IMG/VR virus record: IMGVR_UViG_3300025647_000098
Location: 1-38,373 of that record
DNA length: 38,373 nucleotides
Strand: one strand, 5' to 3'
DNA from: a virus
Lineage: Duplodnaviria; Caudoviricetes
Below the pieces are notes generated by a model. The model was not told where the DNA came from, made no database searches, and saw only the letters and a list, made by a program, of their open reading frames with translations. Positions 26,933-35,806 of this stretch are shown here, piece after piece (the first letter of the stretch is position 1; every line of letters starts with the position of its first letter). The position numbers and the translations under genes are program-made.

Positions 26933-27341
26933 TTTTCTGCTCCTTGATCTTTTTTAGCAAATCGGAAGGTGACCCAACAAACACAGCTTTTTCCACTGTG
27001 ACATTTGGTTGTTCTTTTTTGTCATCACCTTTTAAGTCTTTTGTTTTCTTCTGAAGGTCATATAAGTCTTTCGTGGTATCAGCGATGGTTCGCATCATGG
27101 TAGCAAGGACTTCATACGCGCGAGGGCTTTCTGATTCCTTAGCTAGATCAGTCAGATTTTCCATAGCAGCATTGCCTTTATCTATCAGCGACCTAAAAGT
27201 TCTGCGAGACAGATTATAGTCAGCTTTGATATCATCATCTTCGTGTGGTGTATTGATGACTTCTACTTGCTTTGGTGGTATAATTTCCATTGCGTTTTCA
27301 ATACCAAGTGCTTCGCTTAGTGCTTTATCTGTCTTACTCAT
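26919..27341 (-). CDS. gp16: Terminase small subunit
   Basis: DYNLSR, ESESPRAYEV, AVFVGS.SDL. Confidence 0.92.
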   Translation of the reverse strand: MSKTDKALSEALGIENAMEIIPPKQVEVINTPHEDDDIKADYNLSRRTFRSLIDKGNAAMENLTDLAKESESPRAYEVLATMMRTIADTTKDLYDLQKKTKDLKGDDKKEQPNVTVEKAVFVGSPSDLLKKIKEQKNEDV

Positions 27342-28341
27342 TTATGTCAGGCCATTCTAAAATTTCAGTTGTGTATCCATAATCATTACCAGGTTCCGCA
27401 GTGAGAGGATCTGGCTCAATTGTAATTTTTGCAAGTTTGAGAGGTGATATGTCAAAGCTTGCAAGTTGATAGCTTGCATTAGAAGACAATGCGCGAATTG
27501 TATTGTTTGTTTTGAATTGCCCCTGCACTCCACCAAGCGCAAGTTTTCCTGTATTGGCTGACCAACTTAGAATGATGCCATATGCATTTGCAGTCTCGTA
27601 ACTGTTTCCCTGATATGCGATATCATCCATGTGATATGTGCCGTTATTACCAGATTCTAGATTGATTCTTGTTATGTAGCCAGACTGTAGTGTCGGATCG
27701 TTGAATAGATTTGCGATAACTTTGCGAATAATCTTTGGATTTGTAATAGGACCATAATAGTGTGCCTTCATAGTGAAAGATAATGTCCACATGACAAATC
27801 TTACACTATCAAAGTTACCCTCATATTCAATGTTGTTGGAAACTGTGTTCAATATGATAGGAATGTCTTTGAGTACATTCAGACTTGTTACAGGATTGAT
27901 TGTTACAGTATAATCAGGATTAAAATAAGGCATTATCTGCTCAATGACTTGTGTGCCATCATCTATGTTTCTTGCATATAATGTCAACTCGAAGTTCAAA
28001 TCGTAAGGAACCGACATATAGGAAGACTTAGCAGATGTGCCGCTGTTTCCTTTAGCTACCTTCAACATGGAATTTTGTTTTCTAGCAGCATCATATGATA
28101 TGCCTGTCAATTCAAACGATAATCGTGGTAGTCTAACTTGAATTTGCTTTTGTAGATCAGGATCAGATCGAAGTCTTGATATGTACTTTTCTTTTGGTCC
28201 ATACACAATAGGAACTTTTACTCGTTCAATTTCATTACCAGTGTCTGTATTTGTGCGAACGAGCGTTATATTATTGAACATAGTTCCAAACAGAACGACA
28301 TATTTTCTTGTTATTCTATGATAGAAGTGTGTACCAAACAT
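27334..28341 (-). CDS. gp15: Tail sheath stabiliser / terminator
   Basis: FYH...RKYV.LFGT.FN, VPI.YGPKEK, LPR.SFE, EQI.PYF.P. Confidence 0.93.
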   Translation of the reverse strand: MFGTHFYHRITRKYVVLFGTMFNNITLVRTNTDTGNEIERVKVPIVYGPKEKYISRLRSDPDLQKQIQVRLPRLSFELTGISYDAARKQNSMLKVAKGNSGTSAKSSYMSVPYDLNFELTLYARNIDDGTQVIEQIMPYFNPDYTVTINPVTSLNVLKDIPIILNTVSNNIEYEGNFDSVRFVMWTLSFTMKAHYYGPITNPKIIRKVIANLFNDPTLQSGYITRINLESGNNGTYHMDDIAYQGNSYETANAYGIILSWSANTGKLALGGVQGQFKTNNTIRALSSNASYQLASFDISPLKLAKITIEPDPLTAEPGNDYGYTTEILEWPDINE

Positions 28342-29213
28342 TATGGATTTCCAAACGGATTAATTTCTGATAAGTCTATAAACAATGATGCTTCAGTCTG
28401 TAGATTTTTATTATCTGACTGATCATAGAATACATGATCACCAAGAACATCTGTGGATGTAACAGTATATGAAGCATTAGAAGTTTCACCCTTTATAACT
28501 GTTGCTGTAGCAAATGTGCCAACAATATTATGTAGTGTCAGCTTCTTTGTGGATAGATCATAGCTTGTAACAGTTGCTTTAGCATTAGCTGTTGCGACAT
28601 TTGATCCTTGATATGCAAACTCGCCTTCATAGAACAGACCTGAACCAGATCCAAGAGCAAGTTCTATTGTGTAAGAATTCTGCACTTCAACTTCATCAAT
28701 CTCTTCAACACCTGTTGTAATATTTTCATCAGAGAAGCGGAACAATTCACAACGCAATTCGTATATATATGGATTGCGTTTACCAATAGAGAAGAAGTTT
28801 AGTTCTTCTTCTACAAACTTTACTTCAAACAGTTTACGCATAACAGGAACATAGAACAGATCGCCCTCTCTTGGACGAGCAGCTATGTTTGATGGTACAT
28901 ATTTATTAAATGATCTTGCAGAAATGATAAAGTTTGATGTATCTCGAATTTCTAAACCAAATTTAGAAAAGAAGTCGCCGTCACCTTCGTATCCTTCAAC
29001 GTTTGCGATATATGATTCCATAGAATAAGCGCGAGTAAACTTTGCATTGACTGATTCACCGTAGATTTCATCATCGCTGTTATAAGCATCTCTGGGTATG
29101 TAAAAACAATCATGACCCATTATCTTGATGCTCTCAACAATCAAATCTTCCAAAAGCCTTTGTTCGTTTATAACACCAGGTGAGTAGTTGTTGAAATATA
29201 CGGACGTTGCCAT
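28341..29213 (-). CDS. gp14: Neck protein
   Basis: EQ.L.EDL.VESI...G, FSKFGLEIRD, RPREGDL, NPFG. Confidence 0.93.
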   Translation of the reverse strand: MATSVYFNNYSPGVINEQRLLEDLIVESIKIMGHDCFYIPRDAYNSDDEIYGESVNAKFTRAYSMESYIANVEGYEGDGDFFSKFGLEIRDTSNFIISARSFNKYVPSNIAARPREGDLFYVPVMRKLFEVKFVEEELNFFSIGKRNPYIYELRCELFRFSDENITTGVEEIDEVEVQNSYTIELALGSGSGLFYEGEFAYQGSNVATANAKATVTSYDLSTKKLTLHNIVGTFATATVIKGETSNASYTVTSTDVLGDHVFYDQSDNKNLQTEASLFIDLSEINPFGNP

Positions 29214-29214
29214 T

Positions 29215-29955
29215 TTATCCTACCATAAACTGAGGTGGTTCCTCAAAGGTATCTCTTATCAATTGTTCCAGTGCTTCAATCTCTTGTACAGCTTCTTCAT
29301 AGATTTGCTGCCCGTTCATCATAATACCACCAGGCAATTGCATACCCTGATACTTTTTTAGATTGTTGCCCCACTGACGCTTGATGTATGCTGTGGCCAG
29401 TTTCTTGAGCATACGATCATCATAGACTTTAGGATAAGTCTCAGGATCTACAATGACCCAACCTTCAATAACTGCCCACTCTCCAGGACTGATCATGCCC
29501 CAATTCATATCAATGTACAATTTGTTTGTATGTCTGTTGAAACGAACAGGTGTTTCACCGGAAAACAACATGTCTAGTGTACGAATGTGCTGCATTGTTA
29601 GAGCATAGTTTACATAGGATGTGCTGGTAAAGTCATAGAGTTCGTGAAGACGCAATTGATATCGCAAGTCAAACATATTGATGGTTGCGTTTGAGGATGA
29701 GATTGGAAATATCTTTGTGACACCTATGATGTTATCTGTTATAGGAATCCAACCATTAGATATGTTTTCCGATGTAAATTGATGCTTGAGATACCAACGC
29801 TCAACACCATCAAAGTGAAACTGCTGAATATACTGAAAGGCTTCGTCAATACGATCTTCTACCTGATCGTCGTCCACATTTATGTCAATGACAGGAAATC
29901 CAAGTTGGCGAAGACACCACTCTTTCAACTGTTCTCTGGATGCTGGAATGCCCAT
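29215..29955 (-). CDS. gp13: Neck protein
   Basis: LR.LG.PVI.INV..DQ..DRIDEA, K.QWG.NL.KY..MQLPGG. Confidence 0.93.
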   Translation of the reverse strand: MGIPASREQLKEWCLRQLGFPVIDINVDDDQVEDRIDEAFQYIQQFHFDGVERWYLKHQFTSENISNGWIPITDNIIGVTKIFPISSSNATINMFDLRYQLRLHELYDFTSTSYVNYALTMQHIRTLDMLFSGETPVRFNRHTNKLYIDMNWGMISPGEWAVIEGWVIVDPETYPKVYDDRMLKKLATAYIKRQWGNNLKKYQGMQLPGGIMMNGQQIYEEAVQEIEALEQLIRDTFEEPPQFMVG

Positions 29956-29978
29956 GTGTAAATACCCTCTTTATAGAG

Positions 29979-29986
29979 TATTTATG
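29979..29986 (-). promoter_or_regulatory. Late promoter variant CATAAATA (gp13)
   Basis: Upstream of the GAGG RBS of gp13. Confidence 0.65.
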
Positions 29987-29998
29987 TATATTTACAGC

Positions 29999-31171
29999 TC
30001 ACTTAAACCAGGGACCTACCATCCAAGTTACAACCGTAAATCTTTCGCCCTCTTCAACATCTTCAACACCGTGAAGCAGAAAAGAAGGAAATACCAAAAC
30101 AGTACCTTTTCTTTGTGGTGGGTATAACTTCTCATGTCCAATTTGCAAGAAGAATTTACCTCCTTTGAAATCATCATTTAAGAAAGCGAGAACAGTCAGT
30201 TTTCTACATTCCTCAAAATTTTTTGGATCATTACTTAAAAATGTATCAATATGACCTTTATATCTACCGCCGCCGGTCGGATACTTTAAAAATTCCGACT
30301 GATTTGCTCTCTCAATATCAAATTTCCACCTTTGAGCGTTCGCGTCTAAACCCGCCGCAGCAAGCCTAGCTCCAATGCCTTTATAGACAGGAAGAACTAC
30401 TCTATTAACATTTCTTATTGTTTTATCAATAGTTCCAGTAGTTCCTCCGCCAACACCAGCCTCTTCATCTGGCGCAGTATTATACAACTTAATCAACATA
30501 TCACAATCTTTTTCAGTGAGTATATCGCTATATAACCACATAGTAAGATCATCATTTGCCGGCAGATTTAGTTTGCCGCGTTTGTCATATATCCATTCTT
30601 TGTGTGGTCCATTTGCATCTACATAATGTAGAAATACTTGTGCTTGCCATTTACCTTCTTTATATTCGTCACGCCAATGATACATTTCACAGCCTCGATA
30701 AAGCATTGCATCGCCAACTTTCATTTTGAGTTCGCTGACATCATCTGCATATACAGTATTGTCATGTTCATCAACTCTTGATGTATTAGTTGGATTATCT
30801 GAAGGTTTACCAATATAAATTGGCCAAACATCACCCTCAAAATCTAAAGTCAAAGTAGCACTTACTTCACAAGAAGGGCGATCACGATGGATTTTGAGAA
30901 CTTCACCTGGTTCATACCATCTTGCATAAGCATAAGTTGGTAGTAATTTTAAACCTGAAGCCTGTTCAAAATGTGGTAGCAAATCAACAAGCAACTTATC
31001 AAAGGTAACACTATCTCTAATAGATTTGCTTTTTGGGCATTGTGGATCAAACCAACCTCGATTGTTAATTTCATTCTTCAATGCGAGAGTAAGTTCTTCA
31101 CAGTTCTTCTTGTCAAGAAACCCTTCGAGATGCACATAACGATGTGTTTCATACTGTTCAGCAGTATTCAT
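29999..31171 (-). CDS. Tandem two-domain 2OG-Fe(II) oxygenase
   Basis: Domain 1: HRD...HWR. Domain 2: HID...RKLT...FPSFLLHGV...R (PKHD/prolyl-hydroxylase-like). Confidence 0.85.
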   Translation of the reverse strand: MNTAEQYETHRYVHLEGFLDKKNCEELTLALKNEINNRGWFDPQCPKSKSIRDSVTFDKLLVDLLPHFEQASGLKLLPTYAYARWYEPGEVLKIHRDRPSCEVSATLTLDFEGDVWPIYIGKPSDNPTNTSRVDEHDNTVYADDVSELKMKVGDAMLYRGCEMYHWRDEYKEGKWQAQVFLHYVDANGPHKEWIYDKRGKLNLPANDDLTMWLYSDILTEKDCDMLIKLYNTAPDEEAGVGGGTTGTIDKTIRNVNRVVLPVYKGIGARLAAAGLDANAQRWKFDIERANQSEFLKYPTGGGRYKGHIDTFLSNDPKNFEECRKLTVLAFLNDDFKGGKFFLQIGHEKLYPPQRKGTVLVFPSFLLHGVEDVEEGERFTVVTWMVGPWFK

Positions 31172-31218
31172 AGTATATTCCTTTCATAACGACTGTAATG
31201 CAATTATTCAGTTGGTTC

Positions 31219-31422
31219 TTATATAACTGATTCTGGCTTAATATATAGTTGCCCTTCAGAGTAGTACCATTTATCGGCAGCACAGTCATCTGGACAATCT
31301 ATCCAAAACAAAGGCGGGGCAACTGGAAATTCTGTTTCCTCTACCTGTGCTACTCTTGAGCCAAGTTCAGTGTCATCATAAGAATAAACTTTTTCATTTG
31401 GTGATATTAATGCTTTCATCAA
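31219..31422 (-). CDS. Small fibre-associated protein
   Basis: MKALISPNE...RVAQV...FPVA.PL.W.DC.D; follows the Gly-rich fibre gene with an ATGA-type overlap. Confidence 0.6.
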   Translation of the reverse strand: MMKALISPNEKVYSYDDTELGSRVAQVEETEFPVAPPLFWIDCPDDCAADKWYYSEGQLYIKPESVI

Positions 31423-32591
31423 TAAAACTCCTCAACAACAACTATACCCTGAGCACCAACGCCGTTGGGCGGCGAACTGCCGGATGACGGATTCCGCCAT
31501 CGACCAGACGCTCCTCCGCCATATAAATTACCGCTATTGGGGCTGATCGAACCGCCGGTCGGTGAATCTTGACCACCTTGTGTGCTGCTTAACACTGCTG
31601 CCGCGCCGCCAGCGCCTGCTATTGCCACGGTGGGGTTGGCTAAGGTTCCACTTCCTCGCCCTCCTGGTATATTAATTGTTCCTCCTGATCCGGAACCGCC
31701 GCTACTACCTGCGCCTCCTCCGCCTGTTGCACTACAAAAGGCACCAAAAGAAGATGTTCCTCCTGTTGTCACTGGTACTGAACTAACACTTCCTCCTAAA
31801 CCTACAGTAACAGTGACAGGTCCAGGAATGCTTGGAGCAGGTATATATGACATAGAAGTTCCTCCACCAGCAGCGCCATCCTGCCGGATCCCGGCGCTTA
31901 TAGGTCCGCCATTGCCGCCTCCTCCACCAACGACTGTGACTTTGATAGCTTTCAATTCTGCAGGTTTTGTCCAAGTACCATTTGCAGTAAAAACTTGCAT
32001 CACATAGTTACCACCAACTGATAGTGCAGAACCGTTTATCAATATAGCAGATGTATTGATTGCACCGTTTACATCAAGCTTGACGTTGTTACCCACTGTG
32101 CTGGTTGTACGATTAACGAGAACATTGCCTAAAACCGGCAAATTACCGGAAAAAACAGCGCCTGAAGTATTTGCTAGTGCAGAGTTTGCTTTGCCGAATG
32201 CAGCATTAGCAGTTAAATGTGCAGCATTGGCATGAACTCTGGCAGTATTAGCTTGGTTAAATGCTGCATTAGCAGTTAAATGTGCAGCATTAGCAGTTAA
32301 ATGTGCAGCATTGGCATGAACTCTGGCAGTATTAGCTTGGTTAAATGCTTCACTTACAGATAAAGTTGAACCATTGATAAGTACAGCAGATGTATTGATT
32401 GCACCGTTTACATCAAGCTTGACATTGTTACCTACTGTTGATGTTGTGCGTCCAATGAGAACATTGCCTGTATCATCAAAACGGATTTTTTCAGCATCCG
32501 CAGTGTTTATTGTTACGGCTGTTCCGTTTGCTTGAATACTTTTTGTTCCTGTTGAATCAAAATGTATGTTGGCGACTTTTAGTGTTGACAT
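31419..32591 (-). CDS. Tail fibre-like protein with heptad repeats and Gly-rich C-terminal domain
   Basis: MSTLKVANI N-terminus, duplicated GNVL...KLDVNGAINTSA module, AAHLTAN repeats, FTANGTWTKP...VVGGGGG...GIVVVEEFY. Confidence 0.75.
   Translation of the reverse strand: MSTLKVANIHFDSTGTKSIQANGTAVTINTADAEKIRFDDTGNVLIGRTTSTVGNNVKLDVNGAINTSAVLINGSTLSVSEAFNQANTARVHANAAHLTANAAHLTANAAFNQANTARVHANAAHLTANAAFGKANSALANTSGAVFSGNLPVLGNVLVNRTTSTVGNNVKLDVNGAINTSAILINGSALSVGGNYVMQVFTANGTWTKPAELKAIKVTVVGGGGGNGGPISAGIRQDGAAGGGTSMSYIPAPSIPGPVTVTVGLGGSVSSVPVTTGGTSSFGAFCSATGGGGAGSSGGSGSGGTINIPGGRGSGTLANPTVAIAGAGGAAAVLSSTQGGQDSPTGGSISPNSGNLYGGGASGRWRNPSSGSSPPNGVGAQGIVVVEEFY
32198..32348 (-). repeat. 21-bp-based (21/84-bp) tandem repeats encoding AAHLTAN / AFNQANTARVHAN heptads
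   Basis: gcagcattggcatgaactct occurs at 32221 and 32305. Confidence 0.8.
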
Positions 32592-32616
32592 TTCCTACTA
32601 TTCCTGTTGTTTATCT

Positions 32617-32624
32617 TATTTATA
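32617..32624 (-). promoter_or_regulatory. Late promoter TATAAATA
   Basis: Exact consensus, overlapping the upstream stop codon. Confidence 0.75.
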
Positions 32625-32850
32625 TGCCTTCGTCATGTTCTATCGACTTATGACAATGATTAGGGTCGATCTTATCAGCCAGCCAACAAAACCATCTGCA
32701 CAAAATGCATGTGCTTAATATTTTAGCACACCTTGAAGATATTGTTTCGTCAGGATTACCACCGAGTAAAGTATTGCCCAGCTGGTCAATCGAAATCAAT
32801 ATATTCCAAAGGTAGTTACGAATCATGGCCAGTACGCAGTGTTTGCCCAA
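32620..32850 (-). CDS. Small hypothetical protein (DQ.GN...G.PDETISSR...D..HC family); true start may be the ATG of MIRNY
   Basis: Recognisable small phage protein motif IDQLGNTLLGGNPDETISSR. Confidence 0.6.
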   Translation of the reverse strand: MGKHCVLAMIRNYLWNILISIDQLGNTLLGGNPDETISSRCAKILSTCILCRWFCWLADKIDPNHCHKSIEHDEGI

Positions 32851-33437
32851 TCTTCTGGAATTGGATCCATGTCTTTCAATGCTCTAGCAGCAAAAATATG
32901 CGATCTTTCGTGTTCTGCTGCTGTTTGCCCAAATGAAATAACAGTTGGTGAATCCATCTGAACGATAGAATTATCTTGTGCGATCCATGAGAAAGGTTCT
33001 GTGCCACCATGCCATAGATAGTTGTTTGCTTGTGCGCCCTGTGAAACTGCCATGAAAGCAAGTAGTGCAGCACCCGAGATACGCTTCTGATCTTCTGGTC
33101 TGCTGTCAAACATTATATCATTAAACAAAAATCCTTGAGCGATCAGTTCATCTCTATATCCAGTGATAGAATCAAGTGTTTTAGTTCTTTTAGCAGCAAG
33201 TTCAGCAGCGATCTCTTCTGAAGTTTTGTCTCTAACAATCCAGTCAATCGCTTGTGAATTCCATTCCAAAACTTGTGTATCAGTAATAGTTGGCTTATCA
33301 GATACTTCAGTGTATCCAGCGTCAGTAATTTCTTCTGCTGTAAATGAAGTCGGATCAGTTCTTGTTCTACCATCAGACAATCTAATTCTGAATGGTATTG
33401 TTTGTGGATATGCGCCGTTGTATGAATATAGTGCCAT
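32823..33437 (-). CDS. Tail fibre assembly-like protein (DUF4376-like C-terminus)
   Basis: P.RIRLSDG.TRTD N-terminus; RD..I..G...FDS...W...DN...W.P C-terminus. Confidence 0.6.
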   Translation of the reverse strand: MALYSYNGAYPQTIPFRIRLSDGRTRTDPTSFTAEEITDAGYTEVSDKPTITDTQVLEWNSQAIDWIVRDKTSEEIAAELAAKRTKTLDSITGYRDELIAQGFLFNDIMFDSRPEDQKRISGAALLAFMAVSQGAQANNYLWHGGTEPFSWIAQDNSIVQMDSPTVISFGQTAAEHERSHIFAARALKDMDPIPEDWANTAYWP

Positions 33438-33451
33438 TATCTTATTTCCAT

Positions 33452-34234
33452 TTACCTAAAAGCAACTGTTGTTAAAACACCATATGTAGAACCTGTTGCT
33501 GATATTGAAAGCGTTCCAGTTGTTAATGCTGTAGTAGAAGCACCTTCCAAATAATCATTGCTCTTTGTATATGTATATCGTTCTGTGGTATTTGTCCAGT
33601 TAGCAACTCCATTACCAACACCTAAAGCAGATATAACATAATCTCCTGCATTAACACTTATATTTGTAGTATATGTAGTTGTTGTATTGTTGTGGGCGTT
33701 ATAAACAGGAGATGTGACTGTAGTTACATTTAATAGTCTAAATATTCCTATTGCTATACCATTGGTAATCGTGCCATTAAATGTCAGTGCAATGTTTGCT
33801 GTAGTTCCAGAAGGTACATTAGCATATATTATTGCACTTCTTTCATAACCAGCAGCGTTGCTTGTTTGTAAAAGAGTTGCGCTCACACCACCAATAGTAG
33901 CAGAACTTAATAATCTGCCGGATGCTCCTGCATTCCAACTAACTGTAACAACAACTGTTCTATTTGTGTCAGCATCACCTATGTTAACAGAATTAAATGT
34001 ATAGCTAGAACTTGTGCTTCCTACAGAAGTTGATGTTATGTACGATGCTGAGAACAAATTTGTTCTTTTAGGAAATTGAATCGTTGATCTGAGGTTCCAT
34101 ATACCTTTAGCTTTTGAATAGTCAAGATCAGCAATAGTTTCAGGAGCAGCAACATTCTCTGATTTGAGATCATCCCAATTGTTGAAATATCTTTTTCTGC
34201 CTTTAAAAAACCCACCAAATCTACCTCTGCTCAC
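33452..34234 (-). CDS. Putative fibre tip / adhesin module
   Basis: S/T/N-rich beta protein with GGF...GIWNL N-terminal motif. Confidence 0.55.
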   Translation of the reverse strand: MSRGRFGGFFKGRKRYFNNWDDLKSENVAAPETIADLDYSKAKGIWNLRSTIQFPKRTNLFSASYITSTSVGSTSSSYTFNSVNIGDADTNRTVVVTVSWNAGASGRLLSSATIGGVSATLLQTSNAAGYERSAIIYANVPSGTTANIALTFNGTITNGIAIGIFRLLNVTTVTSPVYNAHNNTTTTYTTNISVNAGDYVISALGVGNGVANWTNTTERYTYTKSNDYLEGASTTALTTGTLSISATGSTYGVLTTVAFR

Positions 34235-35001
34235 ACCGATAATCCTTCTATAACAGCTTGTAGATTAAAAATTCCAGAGTTTAAAATATATGACGGAGTT
34301 GATGAAAATGTAAAATAGAAAGATTGCATAAACTGAGAGCCCGAATCTCCAATATCACCAGTAACATTGGCAGGAGTATCACCTTCGTTGTATAATATGT
34401 AATACAGTTCAATAACGTCTCTGCCTGACTCGTCATCACAAATGATAACAGAAAAACCATCAGGCGTATCCGTGACATTTAATGCATTATTATTACTTCC
34501 TCTTTGCCCCATCGCAAAGAACCCAATAATCGGTCTTGCTGTTTCTGCGCTCATACTTAAAGTTTGTGTACCTGGATTGCCAGTAGTTGCTAGACCAGCA
34601 GAATCATTTATCGTGACACCTGTAATAGTACCAGCATTTGGACGAAATACAGCACACAACATAAAGTGATTAGTAGTTGTTCCGTCAGTGCTAGTAACAG
34701 TAGTTCCGGCATCACCCGCTTGTAGTATTCTATAATATGTCGTGCCTGTTATGTTAGAAAAAACTGAATCTGATCTAATGAGCGTCCAACCAGAAGGAGC
34801 AGATAATGTTCCAGCAGTATCTTCATTGTCTACTATAATCGCAACATCTCCAGCTTGTGCGCTGGCTGGTATGGTTACATTAGGTGTGTTTGTTCCTGTA
34901 GAACTAGCAACAAAAGACATTGCGGTTAATGCGTTTTCGCTTCTATAGCTTTTTGTTACACCAACAAAACCACCGTTAAGATATACACTCTGTAAAGGCA
35001 T
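34231..35001 (-). CDS. Putative fibre tip / adhesin module
   Basis: NGGFVG N-terminus, P...QAGD...APSGWT core, SGIFNL C-terminus. Confidence 0.55.
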   Translation of the reverse strand: MPLQSVYLNGGFVGVTKSYRSENALTAMSFVASSTGTNTPNVTIPASAQAGDVAIIVDNEDTAGTLSAPSGWTLIRSDSVFSNITGTTYYRILQAGDAGTTVTSTDGTTTNHFMLCAVFRPNAGTITGVTINDSAGLATTGNPGTQTLSMSAETARPIIGFFAMGQRGSNNNALNVTDTPDGFSVIICDDESGRDVIELYYILYNEGDTPANVTGDIGDSGSQFMQSFYFTFSSTPSYILNSGIFNLQAVIEGLSV

Positions 35002-35004
35002 AGA

Positions 35005-35364
35005 TTACGAAATTTCCTCATAACTACAAATTGCTTCTAGATCACCAGCTGCTGATGCTGTACATCTAAGTGCATCGCCTTCTTCAAGATATATTGCTGT
35101 TTCTTTTGAAATGACAACTAGTGTAGCATCTGCTGGTACAGTTATTGTACTAGCAATAGAATAAGCACTACCGCCTCTAAACAAATCAACTGTAATATCA
35201 GCAGCATTAGTGCCATCTATGTTTGATATAACTAGAGAATTTATTTTATATACTTTACCGGAAGCTGCGTTGTTAGTTACAACGGCAGTAGCTGACGTAG
35301 TAACTGCCAGTACTTCTGTATTACCACGAATTGTTGTTACATTGACTATGTTTGGCGCTGCCAT
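35005..35364 (-). CDS. Small beta-sandwich virion adaptor protein
   Basis: MAAPNIVNV...N.DG...T.TVPADATL...IYLEEGD...SYEEIS. Confidence 0.6.
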   Translation of the reverse strand: MAAPNIVNVTTIRGNTEVLAVTTSATAVVTNNAASGKVYKINSLVISNIDGTNAADITVDLFRGGSAYSIASTITVPADATLVVISKETAIYLEEGDALRCTASAAGDLEAICSYEEIS

Positions 35365-35373
35365 ATTTTCCTC

Positions 35374-35805
35374 TTATCCAAAAACGATTGCCATTGCGAT
35401 TGCTTTACCTGTTGATACCGCTGTATTGGCTTGATCAAAAGCTGCTGAACCAATTGTTGCTGCTGTATTAGCTTTATCAAAAGCTGCTGAACCAATTGTT
35501 GCTGCTGTATTAGCTTTACCAAAAGCTGCTGAACCAATTGTTGCTGCTGTATTAGCTTGACCAAAAGCTGCTTGTCCAGTTGTTAAAGCAGTATTAGCTT
35601 GTGCATAAGCAAGATTTGCTGTGTTAAATGCTGCGGTGGGTGCAACACCAGAAATAGTACCTGTAAATCTAGGTTTACCACTAAACAATATTTCATCGTT
35701 TGCTGACTGTACTTTGATAAAACCAGACGAGGCATTACCTGTTGTAAAAAGTAAAGGTGTTGTGTTATCGCCGGTTGTTATTTGTGATATAGATAATGTT
35801 GACAT
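35374..35805 (-). CDS. Short fibre/connector protein with coiled-coil repeats
   Basis: MSTLSISQI N-terminus, AAFxxANTAATIGS repeats, C-terminal TGKAIAMAIVFG. Confidence 0.65.
   Translation of the reverse strand: MSTLSISQITTGDNTTPLLFTTGNASSGFIKVQSANDEILFSGKPRFTGTISGVAPTAAFNTANLAYAQANTALTTGQAAFGQANTAATIGSAAFGKANTAATIGSAAFDKANTAATIGSAAFDQANTAVSTGKAIAMAIVFG
35420..35572 (-). repeat. 42-bp tandem repeat, about 3.5 copies
   Basis: caaaagctgctgaaccaattgttgctgctgtattagc at 35436, 35478 and 35520; partial copy at 35562. Confidence 0.9.
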
Positions 35806-35806
35806 G

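Noticed and set aside
35346-35564. 72-aa poly-Q ORF
   Set aside because: Alternate frame of the 42-bp repeat.
35420-35572. Regularly spaced repeats as a possible CRISPR array
   Set aside because: Units are contiguous, in frame and lack unique spacers; no cas genes.
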